A stretch of 64,000 bases of DNA, from positions 58,528,001-58,592,000 of the forward strand of contig NC_088854.1 of NCBI RefSeq assembly GCF_963853765.1, written 5' to 3'. The stretch's first letter is position 1. Each line of letters starts with the position of its first letter. This document shows, piece by piece, positions 11,604 through 26,574 of this stretch. This DNA comes from Magallana gigas. Lineage: Eukaryota. The notes beneath the pieces are model-generated. The model saw only the letters and a list, made by a program, of their open reading frames with translations. It was not told the DNA's origin and did no database searches. The position numbers and the translations under genes are program-made.

Positions 11604-14547
11604 GATGCCACTATAGTCCTTTAGTATCTACGTACGTGTTGTTACTACGATACTTCAGTATTTACGTACGAGGTGCCACTATGATTTGGTATTACTGTGG
11701 TATTTACCGCCTGTACTCTAAATGCATTACATACATGTTCAGCTAATATGCTGTAGTATTCGTTGTTGGTGTATCTTGCGTTGACAGAGTAATGTCAAAT
11801 AGGCCGTTTGGTTTGCAATCGTGTCATGGTTTTGACATCACTGGTGTTATTTTTCGTAAATAAAGTTCCATGGCATATCTGTTGGTGCTAGCCATTGAGT
11901 TGTTGATTGTATGACGCATCAGATTTAAGCTTTTTTTTCTATTTGAAACACAATCTACTTCTTTTACACTTTTGAAGTTTTCAGTTGGACCGGACCTTTT
12001 GGTTTTTCTTTTAGAAATGTCTTAGATCTTATTAGGGCGGGGTTCAAGTCATCTAAAGTCTCTCTGATTTCTATATATATATCGCGGCAGGCAATTTACA
12101 TTTTATGACACCTGTAGACAATTTAAAATTGCCATTTCAGATGTTTAAATTACAAAGTTTACGAAAATGCTTACAACAATTCTTTCAAATAATAATGTTT
12201 GCCAAGAAGTCCCCCCGTGATTTGACAGTTAATGAGGATGGTTTCATAACATACGGGTCTTTCTCCCGCCCGGAGCAGAAGACAATCAGACGGTTGCTTG
12301 TTTATGAAGGTGCACTCGATGACATAAATTGCAACAATCGTAACAATTTATCGGGGAATGAAGGTTTCACTTTTTGAGGCCCGTACTATCGGTTGGTTGT
12401 TAATTATGAGATCGAAGTGGGGGTAAAAACTTTTCCAATTTTTCTATGCGAGACAGTGGCCGCTAGACTCTTTAATCTTGATAGTGCTTGTTCCCTAACT
12501 AGCAACTCTCCCCTCTCCGTGCGGCCGTCCCTCTCTTACTGTGTAACGTTGGTGCGAAGCGAGCAATAGTGGAGTAATTTATTTGTTGCGTGATTCAATC
12601 TCCGGTAAACACTGCCTGTTTAATTTGCTAGAGTCTCATTTAAAGAGTGTCAGCAACATGAACTTTACATAAGAACCGACATTATAGAAGACTTATCAAA
12701 GAAGAAAAAAAGGGTTTAAAAATCTGTCTGTGTCAACTCGAGCTTCTGTTAAAACTAGGATTGCTCAATTGAACGAGAAAGGATTCAGATTTTAATATGC
12801 AGGCTTTAAATGAATTCTCAGAGGATTTTTTATAATCGTTTATGAAAAGATAAGACAATCAATGAGAGGGCACCTAGTCGGGGACTGGGTAAAAAAGGAC
12901 AGTTTCTGGTCAACGAAGAGATCAGTCTGTCAGTCAGCGCCGGGCGTAGTGCACGGAACTTATGATACACACTGCTAATTAGTACGGCAGAAACATGAGA
13001 GAACGGAACTTATTCATGTGCTCCTTCCAGGAACTCTCACTTCCGGATATCACTCCGACACGGGGACCGGAAGCGAGGTAATGTTATCTTAATTACCCAA
13101 ATTGGATAACCCTTTACATAATAATGTATTTATGCTGATTTATTCTTCGTGAGTCTGAAGTGTGTTTGAAAAATATACTTTTTATAATGAGAAGAGTCTT
13201 GGTGAGATTGAAGCGGATGTCATCAAATTGATATAACAAAGACGTCACAGATTCTTGATTCAATTCACAATACTTATATTTTTTTATTGCAAAGTATCTA
13301 TGATTTATTTATTTAATTATAAGGAATTTTTGTTCTTAACATGAGTAAATTTTGAATAATAAAGTGGAAATGTTTCACTGAAAACTGGATACTCGCAGTC
13401 AAAACGCTATGTTAGGGGTTTCATCTGCAGTTTTATTCAGAGCCAGAGAAAAAGTATTGAATAAATTGGTTTTCATTTTATTCATTTGTCAAACAGCAGC
13501 ATTGTAATGGTACAAGAATTCCATACAACACAGAATATTCCAAAAATTGATATAGATTTGTGTTGTGTGAAATCATCGACCTAGGAAGTTAAATTGACTC
13601 ATTTACATGGTTCTCCAATATACCCTATAATTAATAAATATCGCAGTGATTCAAGGAGGCCATTTACCTGCAAAGAAATGTTTATTTAATTTTCTGTACC
13701 TGTTCAGAACACGGAAAGAGTTTTTGTGCGGGCACTTTATCGCTTTAAAGTTGTCACAAAGCAATGTACTTCTGTTTTTACAACTGCATTGGGACATTTT
13801 CCTTTCAGAGCCGCATTTTATATAATAGTTATCTTTATTTCATTATCGCAAGAGTGCAAAATGGTTTACTAAGCAAACCTGCCTTTCTTTGCCATAACGG
13901 CTTTATTGGTCTTCTGTCTGCCTGACTATTTTTCTTTAATTTGGCCACCTTGTCGTTCCTTGTCGGTGTCACTCTGTCTTCATTTCTGTCTAAGTTTTAC
14001 ACGGTTTGTGAGAAATTTATAAATAACCTACGGTGGTATACAGTTCAAATGTCCATTTGACCTGACTGAAATAGGTCTACATATCCTTGTCACAGGATAC
14101 TTACTAGTACTTTATTTTAATGAGATTAAAAATAATGGCTGAAACAAACGAGCAATGATGTAATTTTTTTCTCAAATCAAAATTTTTTTTTTTATATTTC
14201 ATATTTTTTCATATCAAAAAATAAATTTTCTGAAATCATTAAATCTATTTTTGATATGAAGAATTAATCATTAATGAAAAGAATATTCAACGAAACAATT
14301 ATTGATATCAAGAATTCTTTTTTTTTTTCGATATCAGAAAATATCTCAAAATATTTAAAAACGGCGAATTGTATTTATAAGTCTTTCTTCGCCTGAAAGA
14401 CCTAAAATTCCTATCATCATCTCCACGAGTTTATTCCGTATTTCTTCCTCCTTTAAAACCACCATCTTATTTTACTACGTTCGAGTTTCATCGTCTGGCT
14501 TTCGGAAGAAATTTTTGTTGGCCTCACCACCTCAAACATATACTATA

Positions 14548-15008
14548 CTCTGTCCCAAGATATTTTGGATTCACGTTTGGCTTAATTTTTTGATATTTAT
14601 AAATACCTCAGGATCCAAACGATGTTCATTCAAAAGTATGAAAAATTTCCAAGATTTCTCAGTCAAAACGCCCCTGTTAGCTTATCAGGTTTCAATACAA
14701 TGCTGAAAAATGTGATGTCTACGGAGATTTTGCATTGCAGCAGGCCCGGATGATAACGTTGAAATATTGCGCGATGTATTCCGAGTGTATTCCGAATGGA
14801 GAAAAGATGTAAACATTCCCCATTATAAATCTCCGTAAGGAATCTGTTTTCCTTCCTGTGAATTTTTCCGAGTGAAAGATGATAATGTGTCAATGAAATT
14901 ATCTTGGAAAATATCCCTTTCAACTATTTCAATTGCACTTCTTTCACAGGTAAGTGTATTTTTATTAAAAATTGTCCAAACGTGAATCCAAAATATCTTG
15001 GGACAGAG
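14548..15008. mobile_element. TA-TSD MITE, Tc1/mariner-type (461 bp)
   Basis: 33-bp TIR CTCTGTCCCAAGATATTTTGGATTCACGTTTGG, with TA on both sides. Confidence 0.85.
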
Positions 15009-17118
15009 TATAAATCGCCTTTTGTAGACTGCAACAACCCACAACAGTTCCTATAAACAGTCAGTCACAACACACAAAAAGTATCTAATTCTGTCGAGGA
15101 CTTTATATATTTAACGTTTTGTACGAATTTCTAATAACATCATGGAAAAACAAATTTTCTTACATCTTTAAAACAAGACTATTTCACTTTTCAACCATAT
15201 AATTCCATTTCGACTTATTCCTGCCAAAATGGTTTTTAGAAATCTATTACGTCACTTTATCTATGACGTCATTTTTGTGCACTTATGCACGTATGGTCCA
15301 GAATGAGATTGCCATCATCCAGGCTGTGCAAAACATGAGCAGACGAGATATTTGAGCCACTCTGATTGATCATTGGTTTGTGGACATATAATAATTTTAT
15401 CACATCTGATTTAGGCATATTTTTTTTCTAATCCAGCAATTTTGACTGGGTTTGCATCGTTCTCTCTATCTCATTTATTTTACTGCGGAGTTAACCAAAA
15501 GGTTAAATATGTACAGTATATTTGTGTGTTTGTGTCTAACCCTGCAGTTTAGGTATAATCAATGCACCCTGTACCACACTCATCAAATAGGCTAATTTCG
15601 GTAATTATACACTTTGTTGATGCTTAAATGGCATATGTTAGTATAGAAAAGACCAAAATACTTCCTTTCAATTTCCAATTAGAGGAAGTGCACGAAATTT
15701 TGGAAAAAAAATAGAAATTTTCTTTTCTTCTTATGAGTTTTGTGTTTATTAACCGGTCGCATTATATGGATTTAAGGAGAGCTTTCAATTTTCTGTTTCA
15801 AGTTCTGCCGAATGTTTCAAGGCATGACCCCCGCACAGAAAATAACGAACTTATAACTCCGAGGAAACCAATTTTCCATTCAACATGCCATTCATTTTAC
15901 CCAAACTATAAACAGGATTATTATTCTGTTTTGTTCGTTTTTGACAATGTATTGATCAGTTTCTCAAGAGCTTTAAAGTTATGCATATGGTAAGGCGGAT
16001 AATTCCACATAATGTTTTGAAATCCGCAGTCACAATCGCGATGCTAACCACATCTGTCTGATTTTGGTATTTTGATGAACTTCATCATTCCAGCATTTTT
16101 TATATTTTCAATATCACATCTATATGTCAGGTAGTGTCATTAATCTAAATATTTGCTTTTTAAATGCCATTTTTATTGAAATTGAAAAATATAGGGAGCG
16201 CGTGTATTCTTGATTCTTGTTATGAAATATAAGACCTGGACTGTGTAGGTTGTCTTTACTTTCGCTGAATAAGGCAGTATACAAAAGACGCTCTCTCCCG
16301 ACACGAGTGTTCAGTCCAAAGCATCCAATGATCCGGAGAGGAACTCTTTGATAATCTCTCAGAATAAGATTAATGCCGATATCCTTTAATACGGGACAGC
16401 GATTCGCTAGCTGTATAAAATTTCAACTCTGGATGGTTGGTATTGTTGGAACCGTAGACAAATCAAAAGGAGAACTCAGGCGGGGAGTGTTTGATTATCA
16501 GAGCGGTCTGTCGGATGTAGAACCATAGAATATCCAGTAATCCAACGCACCCTTAGTGGCCAAAGTCAAACATGGAATAGCCGCAATAGACGTTACTTAC
16601 GGAGAAGGGTCCGTTCAGGTTGTTTACTCAGCAGCTGCCATTACCTACTCATAAGAGGTCGGTTTTCTGAGTTTCTTTGTGTTTCTGTGCGTTCGACTCT
16701 CGGAGTTAATCTATATCTATATTTGCAAACTTTTTAACTGTTGAACTATTAACACTCTCAGGATTAAGTATTTGTGGGTCCTCGTTATAGAAGCTATATT
16801 GTGTGAAGACATGATAAAGCGAAAGGAAAACAATCCGGGAGTTGGTGTTAAGGACAATGGGCGACGATCAGCAATGACCGACTACAATAGCAGTAGCCTG
16901 TCATGTGTTTATAATTACCTGTAAACTCTTTAAACATACACAAAACATTGCTTCTGGAGATTATCAATAGTTTAATATTTGTTTATGCGGAAAATGTCAA
17001 GAAGAACTGGATTTCAAAGAGAAATATCCGCGAGTTCACTTTGACTTTTCGCTAATTTAATTGTTCATTTTCTCGCAATGACGGATAAAGTAGACACTGC
17101 TTAACGGGACAGATCGAG

Positions 17119-20100
17119 ATGTACCTTGCCCAATGTGGTCAGCACCCCCGCCAGGTGGACATCCCTGACAAGCGGGACCTGAAGATGGTCAGTGGGTACG
17201 ACCTCCTGGACAAACTGTCCCGGCGCCGGATGTATGCCCGCTCCAACGTCCGGGAAAAGTCTTCCCTGTCCGACCACTGCGACCAGCAGGACATCATCAT
17301 CAGTCTGGACGGCGTGGGGATAGAGGTTGAGGGCCTCGGGTAAGTGACACCCCATCAGTGAACTAATTAAGGTGATCTGGATTTTAATTGTCCTGTAGAG
17401 ATCTCATCTAATGAATTCTTCGCTTCTGAAATCCAAGGCGTTCTACTTTTTGAAATCACATGTTTTATTTTCTTCCATAGAATTTGGAGTGAGCTTTTTG
17501 TACACGATTTTATGATATGGTAATCCATGTTAAGATATGCTAACTAGGCGCTTGCACTCGTATTGAGGTGTATGCTATGGACGATAAGACATTTGAATGT
17601 CATTGTCTAAGATTAGGTACTTTTCTTTTGGTCCCCATTTGCAGTGGTTGGGCAGCTTAGTACCAATATATGTACAGACCATATACAGCCCTAGTGTCAT
17701 ATACCTGCATAAATCCACAGGTAACTCGTAGCCTCATTTTGAGCCTTTATCTTGTTCCAACTACACCTGCCCGTCAGATCCCGCTGAGAAATCGCAACTA
17801 CATGTAAAATCGATCAGGGGTTTTGTTTTTGTTTTATGAGCCAAAATGAAGTTCCTCATATTTCAACGCCCTGGTTTCTGTTTTTGACACCATGCTGTGA
17901 CATACGTTAGCAATGTTTGAGTGTTCACAACGATGCAAATGATGGAATCTGAATAGCTATACATCGACATAGAAAGTTTTGAGTGATTCTAAGGGGTCGT
18001 TAAGTTTATATGAACTTCTTTTTTTTTTTTTTTACATACATGTATATTTCCTTCAAGTTATGAGGACAAACATGTATAATGAATTAAGTAAAACCAATTT
18101 TCAAACTGTTCACAATACATGCATATTGTACATTAAATATTCTTCAATTAATAATTGTTGATACTTAATGGACATGTACAATTGGTATAAATTAACGATA
18201 AAAGTTGAAGTTAAGCACCAAAATGAAAAATTTATTAGTAAATTAATTAATGCATAAAAGACCCTTGTATCTACAAAGTTGTTCGTGTATCCCAAAGTAT
18301 TTACAGATACATTGAATAAATATTTATTTTGTTCAGTTAACAAACGAATTCTTGGAGAGACAGAGGGTTGCCGATCATTATATTTGAGTAACATTTATTT
18401 GATAAAAGGTCGCGGTACTTTTCTAGTCTCTGCCTAATTCTTATCAACTCAATCAATCCAGGTCAGTGTCAGAGGTCGCCGACCCACGGTCCGCCTTGGC
18501 AGGAACTCTCGGCGCGGCGTGCGTTTTCCCGGACTAAATTTGTCCGTCAGATTTTAAAATCAGATCAATTTTTTTCAAATAAGTCAGCGTAAGGTATGGT
18601 GAAGGATTTTAGTAAACGTGAATGGATTGGATATTGATTCCCTGAATATCTTGTAGATAAATTGTCCGTTGATTTGATTTATTTATATTTAATGATGTAT
18701 GATTCCATAAAAGACTAATTCGAAACCTGTTGTCAGACGGGAAACATGGGGAACTTAATTACAACAGCAAAAAAAAGAAAGTTGGTTTATCATTCTGAAT
18801 CAGGTGTCTGGTATATTCGTGAATGTATTCACAGTTTGAGCGCGCAGTATCTTGTCTTTGTCAACACATCTCCTGTAGGAATATTTTTCAATCATGTGAC
18901 GTCATTGCATGCTTTTTGCACGGAGTTCTTTCCAATTTTTCAATGGATTCCAATTTCATATTTGTGACTTTTGATCGGAGAAGATATGCTTCTGAAGTAC
19001 CTTTTAAATTCATTTTCTCTTTTGAAAAACCAAGTCAAATCTTTTAAGGTTGAAATCTTAAATAAAATTCCATGCAAACCTTAGTTTTACATTCAGACTA
19101 AAAAGTCTACTCAGCGCTGCAGGAGTAACTCTCGTATGACAATTACAAAAGTTGAGAAACCAATTCCACTCTACGTAGGCAACTCTTATCTATCGTTTAA
19201 TTCATTAATAAAACGCTGTTGTACGAAATGAAAATCCAGTATATATGTAGATTTAACCGATAATGGTGATGGTATGAGTGTGATAGCCGTAAAATTGCTG
19301 CCGTTTTCATACATAATTCTATAAAAAGCGCAAATCTCACCTTTCCGCTTATTCAAAGCATGCTTAAGAATTCACAAATCTTTAATTGAAGCGTTGTCAT
19401 AAAAAGGAATGAAATGGATGTTTAAACGATATTAAAATATAAAATGAATGTTTTTCTATTGGGTACCAAAACAATTGATTTCAAGTTCCATAAAAATCAA
19501 GAGAGATTTATCAAGTATTTGTTGAGGCGAAGAGTGAGAATTATGACATCTTTGAAGAAGACAGTAAATAAGAGAAGTTAATTTTGTGTAACATTCTAGA
19601 CATCCGGCAATGGTCCAGTTATCTTCAATCGATAAGTCGTGTTTGAACTTTAATTTGAGTATTTGTAGTTGAAGAGCAGTCGTTTACAATTTGAAGAGGT
19701 TCGTAATCTTTGTGTGTTATTTACATTTGACAAATCGATACCATGGGATGATCCTGGCTGTTGTAGTACTGATGTGGTCTGTCAGTAAGTGGCCCCCTGC
19801 CTCAGGTAAGTACAGGTGTGTTCACTCTAATCACATACCTGGCTGATGTCACGGCAATCATTTCTACATCTGTTTATGCTAGTCTCTGTATTGTTCAGTG
19901 GTTCTGGGTTTTAGTATTTTACCACACAAAAGGTAAGATACATGTATGGATTAAAAATTGTTTTATGTCACTCTTTGAATAGGGACTGGTTTTTTTTTTT
20001 AAAAAGTAACAAACATCTTGTGATTTTGTTAAAAGTCGGATCGCATGCCTTCTCTGATTATATTTGTCCTCATTTTGAACTTAAATTACCCTTATTTTTT

Positions 20101-23100
20101 CATTGCATGTAAATGCAATTTTGTGTCTATAACTTAACGTAATGTTGTTTGCTGCTTTTCTACTTGGATTAAAGATATTTCTTGACCTCCTTCATCAAAC
20201 AAATATCATTGAATTGCTTATTTTTATATAAGCCGTATTATCATGGAAGCCTTGCACACTGTAACTTACTAAGTATTCATCTGTTTTCAGATTTGAATTA
20301 CACGAGTTAATTAAATATCAAAGTTTGACATCTGAATAAACTCTAGTGTCTGCCAATTTGTTATGCAACTGTTGGTATCGAATTTAAAAGTTCTAAATGG
20401 TGTATTTGAACACCAAATCCCTTTTAGAATACTGAAGTCTTTGAATTGAACCAGCTGGACTAAATTGTCATGTGTAAATTACACCAGCGGATTATTGGCC
20501 CGCCTTCTGTAGCCGTGTCCCTTGTACCCCTGTCATTTGATGTCGCTTGGATTCCTATTTGAGGTCTGAGTTGGCCCACTTCTCTCCCCCCAAAGGAGGT
20601 TCTAGATCGTAGAGGTTAAGGACTGGATTTTTTCTTACATAACAGAATCTATGGATTGGCTCTGTATAAAAGGTGCCACCCCAGCAAGATGTCGGGTTTG
20701 TACACTAAAATCAAATAAAAATTCCTCCATGCCATTTCTTTTAATTTCCCTGAAAAGTGTCTTATTTATGATATAAAGATACCTGGTAATGGTGGGATAA
20801 TGTGAGTTTTAGAGATCCCATGGGATCCTCGTTGATTGTTGGGGGATTCTGCCGGGCTTAGGTCCATTGAAGTCCCCCTACTCCTCCAATCGCTGTCACT
20901 CCGTTCTAATCGAGATATCAGTAGTTTAAATAACACCCAAAATATTTATCAAATATACAAAGTCCTTTAAATTTTTCCTCTTCACACATCAGAGTTGTTT
21001 TGACATATGATTTAATACCTTTGTGAATGTTGTCCTTTCCTGTATTGAGCACGATATTAAATTGTGAGGGCCCGTGTCTCTCAATTAAGTCTATTTACAC
21101 GGGTCTTTCTCCATTGTGAGATCCTGTGATTTAGTTTGTGTCTCTCTACTTCGCCGTGTGGAGGGTCCTTCAAGAGAACATGTCAGAGGAGCGTAAAGTT
21201 TTGGACCTGTTTCCAGTGTCCCTGTCCATGGAGGACAAGCTGTTACTGATGCGGTAAGCTATCTGGGCGCGGATCCATTTTTTTTTACGAGAAGGGGAAG
21301 GGTTCGAGAGAGATTTTTTTTGTTTATTTAAGGAAGGGGGTTCAATGCCAAATTTTGTACCATACCATATAATTTTGTACCATACCATATGATTAAATAA
21401 TTCTGAATGCTCCTGGGATACGGAATCCTAAACCTCGGCCCGTTTATCCAGACATGCTCTCGCTCGCTCGCCTAGTTAGATCTCAAGTTTTAAGCGGTTA
21501 TGTTTTTAGATACAGTACAATTTTAATAAACGACGGACGCTTGCGTTTCAGTTTACTTTGTACATGCAAATGATAAATCCTACAATTCTTCGAATTTTAT
21601 GCATTTGATTTTTAAAGCTGAAAATGAAGGGAATTAAACGTTTTGGAATTTCGCCCTGATTAACTTGATTGCTTTATGTATGTGTATTATGTGGTTCAAA
21701 TCGCGATACGATTATTCATTTTCAATAAAAAGAAAAGTTTTGAATACTGCAGAACAATTAAATTCTTTGACCCACTTCCGGTGTGCAATGTGCAGTTTGG
21801 TTAAATTTATTGAACATTCAAGGATTTTCAGATAAGTGGTGCTATTTCCAATTTCGGTTCTTATTTGTCTGGGAGCGCGGCCTGATCGAAGCAACATCTA
21901 GTTAAGATCTAGTTAAGGACCGATATGTTACGTGTTTTCAGGACGTATTGTCGGTCATGGCATTGTTAAGGTATCCAGTGTTACCTAACTTCCGGTGCAG
22001 GATCGTTAGTCTCCAGGCATCCGATACGGCGACACAAAACAATTATTAGATCGGTCAATAGACCCAGCGAAAGACCTAGAAGTCTGCAACACCCCCCTCC
22101 CTTTCCACTTTACTTTGATAACATCTCTCCGTTTGCAATATCATTTTCCCCCTTTTTTATTTATTGGGCGAGATTGCTGTGTCGCAGTCCTTAATGATGC
22201 AAAAATCTACTCGCAGTGATGACTATTATAAATTACTGCTTGGAACTTGTCACAAATATCGTTTGAGAGCTGAAAGTAGAAAGAAATGTAAATATGAACA
22301 GATCAGAGAACTTTAATTAAGCTCTCGAATACACGTTACTGCACCTGCTATAGAATTTGCTTTTATTTCCTTAAACATCCAGTGACTGTTCGAGCTGAAG
22401 GATCCCGGTATAATTCGGTCGTAGATTCGAGTGAACCGTTATAACTAACGACCATCAACTGCTAGATAGAAACCGGCCAGGTCTTTGGTTAAAAACGACT
22501 GCTGCAACAAAGATTAGAACAGTTCATTGGATCTGAAAGCATGCTGTAATAACTGAATGGTAGTTTAGAACGTCTCTATGGTCCTGTGGTGGAGCTGTTG
22601 GATATTTGGAATGTCCGGTTTTATATTGCTCACCTGTCGCAGTAATTAAACTTTGACTGCCAAGGAAACCGTGCTGAGTATGTGTAATTAAGTGGCAATA
22701 GGAAATAAAGGAGCGGGCGAACCAAGAAAAAACCTTTTAACCTCTCTTACAGAATAAACATTAAATACTTCATTTCAATATCTGTGATCGATCTAGATGT
22801 ATGCATGTGTTTTCATTTTCTTTTTCCCCTGTTGTCTAAACATTTAAAGTTAGAAGTGTTTCTGGAGCAGATACTTGGGCGAGATTTATGTGCCGCTGCG
22901 TAGGACTCGGATTATAATGAACCTTTTTTGTGTTACCTTTATTGTTCTACCGAATTCTGGAGATTCAATTTAGAGTAAACCTTCAATTCTTTGCGAGGCC
23001 CAAAGTTTCTCGATTTTCTAGCAGGAACATGAGAAATAGAGAATGCTTCCGGTTTTCATCGGAATCGGATATTCACCTGCCCAGGTTTGTGGCATATATT

Positions 23101-25340
23101 GAATTATATAAATGTTTTGTCCTGTGGTAATTTTCAGTATGTCTTAAGTATGTAATTGTATTGAACACGACCTTGCAATTTCTGTATTGATTTCTCTGTT
23201 TTGTCTCTTGTGTTTGACAAATGGTTGAGTCCGTTGAAGATGTTTCTCTTACAAGACGGGCCCGTTTATCAAACAAATGGTCGGAACAGGACTGAAGTGG
23301 TTGTTGTAGTAAAAGTTTGAAATCCAGCTAGAGAACACACATTCTCTGAATCATGACATACCTGTACATACCTGTACATTCGTATATCTTTTGTGTGGGG
23401 ATTTTATGTTAGATTTTCCTCTGAATTTTAACTTTTGGTAGGTGTTTAAAATTTCCATTTTTAGCTTTAATCTTGCGGGAAGTATTGATTTTACTTTAAA
23501 CCTTCATTATTGATAAACAAAAAAAACTTATTCATTTTTGTTCTTCTTGTTGGGCAATGGATCTTTACAAGAATGTAAAGTGCGCCAAAATTTCTGTCAA
23601 ATTTTGACATCTCTGTAATAGACCGCTAAAAACGTTTGGGGCTTGATGGAATTCACTGGCATGGTTTTACTCTTATTTGGACTAATATTACAGTTGTTGT
23701 TACAGACCGATGGAACACAGTAGCATGTACAGACTATGGACCATACCTATGTCATGATTATCTTTTTAGCAGAACAACAGTATTATGGGGGACTGTAGCT
23801 GTAAACTAATAGAACATACTCGCATAAGGGGGCTTTGGAATGTACTAATGTCATCTTTGTGGTTGTAAACTTGATGTAGAATGATGGGATGTACTAGTAT
23901 GGGCGGATAATAGACTATACTAGTATCAATTCTCTTGTTGTAGGCTGATAGAACGAACCAGAATAGGCAAACTGCGCAGTTATACTGTAATATATTTTTA
24001 AAATCATGATATAATTTTTCTTTTGTTGTTGTAGACTGATGGAGCGAACCAGCATGGACCATCGGCGCTCCCGGACCATGCCCAGCTGGTTCGAGGATAA
24101 CAGGTCGTCTTACCAGCACCACGCGGACTATCTAAAGAAGCTCTCCACTCTACGGGAGGAACTTATTCTACAGGAACAAAACCACCTAGCCAACGCACTA
24201 GACAGGTTGCGCATGCGTCAGTATGGTAAAGACAATGCGCTTGCGCGGAGTAGGCCGAAGGAGTACCCGCCGGACACCCGTCGATCTCTTGTGACCACCA
24301 TTGAACATTTCCAGAAAATGAGACCAAAGAAATCTCCTCCACATATATCCCCGCTAGAGGGAAAACAGATCCTAGAACCACAAACTTACAAACTGTCCAG
24401 AAGTCCACAGCTTTCAGACAAGGCTATGGCGTCCCAGCGATTGCTGGATGACAATATACGATCAAATCTCCAGAGGATACCGCAAACAATCGTCCAGCCG
24501 ACATCGAGTATCCCTAACATAGGACGCAAGTCAATCGCAAAGAGCAAAGAACTGGTGTTGGATGGTTCCCCGATCCACAAACGGCGGCCCGTACCGTCAC
24601 GAGAGGGCAGAGATCAACCAGAAGTCAATCCATTCAAGGCCGTTTACAAGGGTAATAACGGAGCGCGTCTACGGCGACTAGTGAGACCAGACTCTGATGA
24701 GCTGGACTTGCGTGCTCACGCAATTAAGTTTGAAAGTTTAAGTGATAAAGACAGAATAAATTTGGACAAACTGAAGGAGTTATACTGCATATACTATCTT
24801 CCCACGAATACACCTACAAACGCTTCAGACGACGAGGATTCGTTCGATTTACCGGAGGACAGACTGGGGCAGGAACCCGTCAGCTTTCAGCACGACAAAA
24901 AGAAACGTTTGACTATGTTAGAGGGTAAAGCCAGATTATCCCATCCTGAGGGAGGAGGGGACATGTCTCCGCGGAAACATCCGGTAGAACAAAACATCAA
25001 TAGATTTTCGGACGACCTGACGTTAAACGGTCAGGGATTCCGAGACTATGACGTCACGCCGCCGGTGGAGGGAGAGGGGTTTTCTATATATGGCGATACA
25101 ATATCTCATCCCCAGAGGAAACAAATCGTCGTAGACATGCCATCCATTGTTTTTAATAATGCTACGCCGGTGCATGACGAGTCCGAGGTTTTGGAGCGGA
25201 AGCGCCGATCCGTGCTGCGTAAGACGTTTAAACAGAACGAGATCCGACAGCGAGAACTACGCAATCTCATCGATGACGTACGAGAATTGAACAAGCGCAG
25301 TGACGAACTCAATGAGTCGATTAAGTCCGCATCGGACTAA
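17119..25340 (+). CDS. Uncharacterised protein of ~508 aa with C-terminal coiled coil (exons 17119-17339, 24035-25340)
   Basis: Two GC-rich ORFs. Donor GG|GTAAGT at 17339 and acceptor TGTAG|A at 24035 are both phase 2 and join in frame (..VEGLG-LMERTS..). No recognisable catalytic domain. The choice of first exon is inferred. Confidence 0.6.
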
Positions 25341-26574
25341 AACTAAGTGAAATTGGCTGGACTATGTTTTCCACTATGCCAGACAAATCACGTTACCAAA
25401 TAACTATGTTTAGCAATGCCATGCTTCATCTAGTCATTCCAAAGTTGCATTACATTTATTTATTTATGATTTTTGTACATTCATATGAAAAATGAATTTC
25501 CTGACTTTTAATATCCGTAATAAAATGCTTAGAATACTTGTAGAGTATCAAAAAACAAAACTTATTAATAGGAAAAAGAGGATAGGTAAGAAACAGTCCA
25601 GAATCAAACAGAGCAAGGATTGCATACAGATTTGGAAGGCAAAAAATCCAGAGACGAGAAATTTGATAATTATAATTAACCATCAGCAACAAAAAGGAGA
25701 ATGCTTTCAATAGTTAGGCTTTTGTTATTTAGATAATCATACTAAACGATTTCAGTATATGATATATAATGTTGAGAACAACTATATACTGTATGTAAAA
25801 GAATGACTCGGTTTAGATTTGCTTTACACGTCGTTCGACTGAAGAGAAAAACCTAATGTTGGCGACAGTCATTAACTTTAATGGGTATTTCTTATGAATA
25901 TAGGGAATACAACTAGAAATGCAACGTCATTGCAGCGACGAGCATAAAACTACCGCAATACCGAACCTGACACAACAATGAAAGTCTGGTAAATTAAACC
26001 TTCATCAGAAATTGAAAGCTTCGGGACTTTCACCTTTAGGAACATCTCTATAAACCTTTGAATAAAGTCAGTGAGGCCAGCCATTATCCCGCATTAAGAG
26101 CTTGATATAATCAGTTTAAATCCCAGCTATCAATTCCAATATAACAGGATAATTATACTAAGAGTCTTCTTATATCTAGCAATATAAACATACATTGAAC
26201 AATGTAACAGAGAACTCCATCTTCCGGCCTTCATATTTTATTTCTCCCCTGACAGAAGAGAACTAATGGCCAGGAATCCGCTGTTAACCAAGAGGTGTAA
26301 GCCAGTCACAAGGGAGTTCTTTTGTATACTTACTACCATTGATGCAAATTGTGATAATCATTTATTAATCAAACAGTTTAACACAAATTTTGCTTTAAAA
26401 CAGAATATGAAATTGACATTGAACTGTGCTCGCGGTACTTAAACGGGATTTGTTTTGGAGGAGGACAAATATGGGAGTCTTACCGTACTTAAATATGAAA
26501 CATGGACGGTACAAAGTTTGATCAGGGAAGTATGGAACGCCTGGACTGTCTTATTATGGCAAAAATAAATTCGT

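Larger units (their letters stand above)
8690..11705. repeat. Degenerate 34-bp minisatellite in three blocks (8690-9435, 10501-10688, 11604-11705), split by two MITE insertions
   Basis: Unit approximately GTGGTGCCACTATGGTACTTTAGTATTTACGTAC; the register resumes across each insertion. Confidence 0.85.

Noticed and set aside
4409-16551. Shared 12-mer ATCCAACGCACC at 4409 and 16540 as a sign of exon duplication
   Set aside because: Similarity does not extend and no FCGBP-like frame follows at the second site
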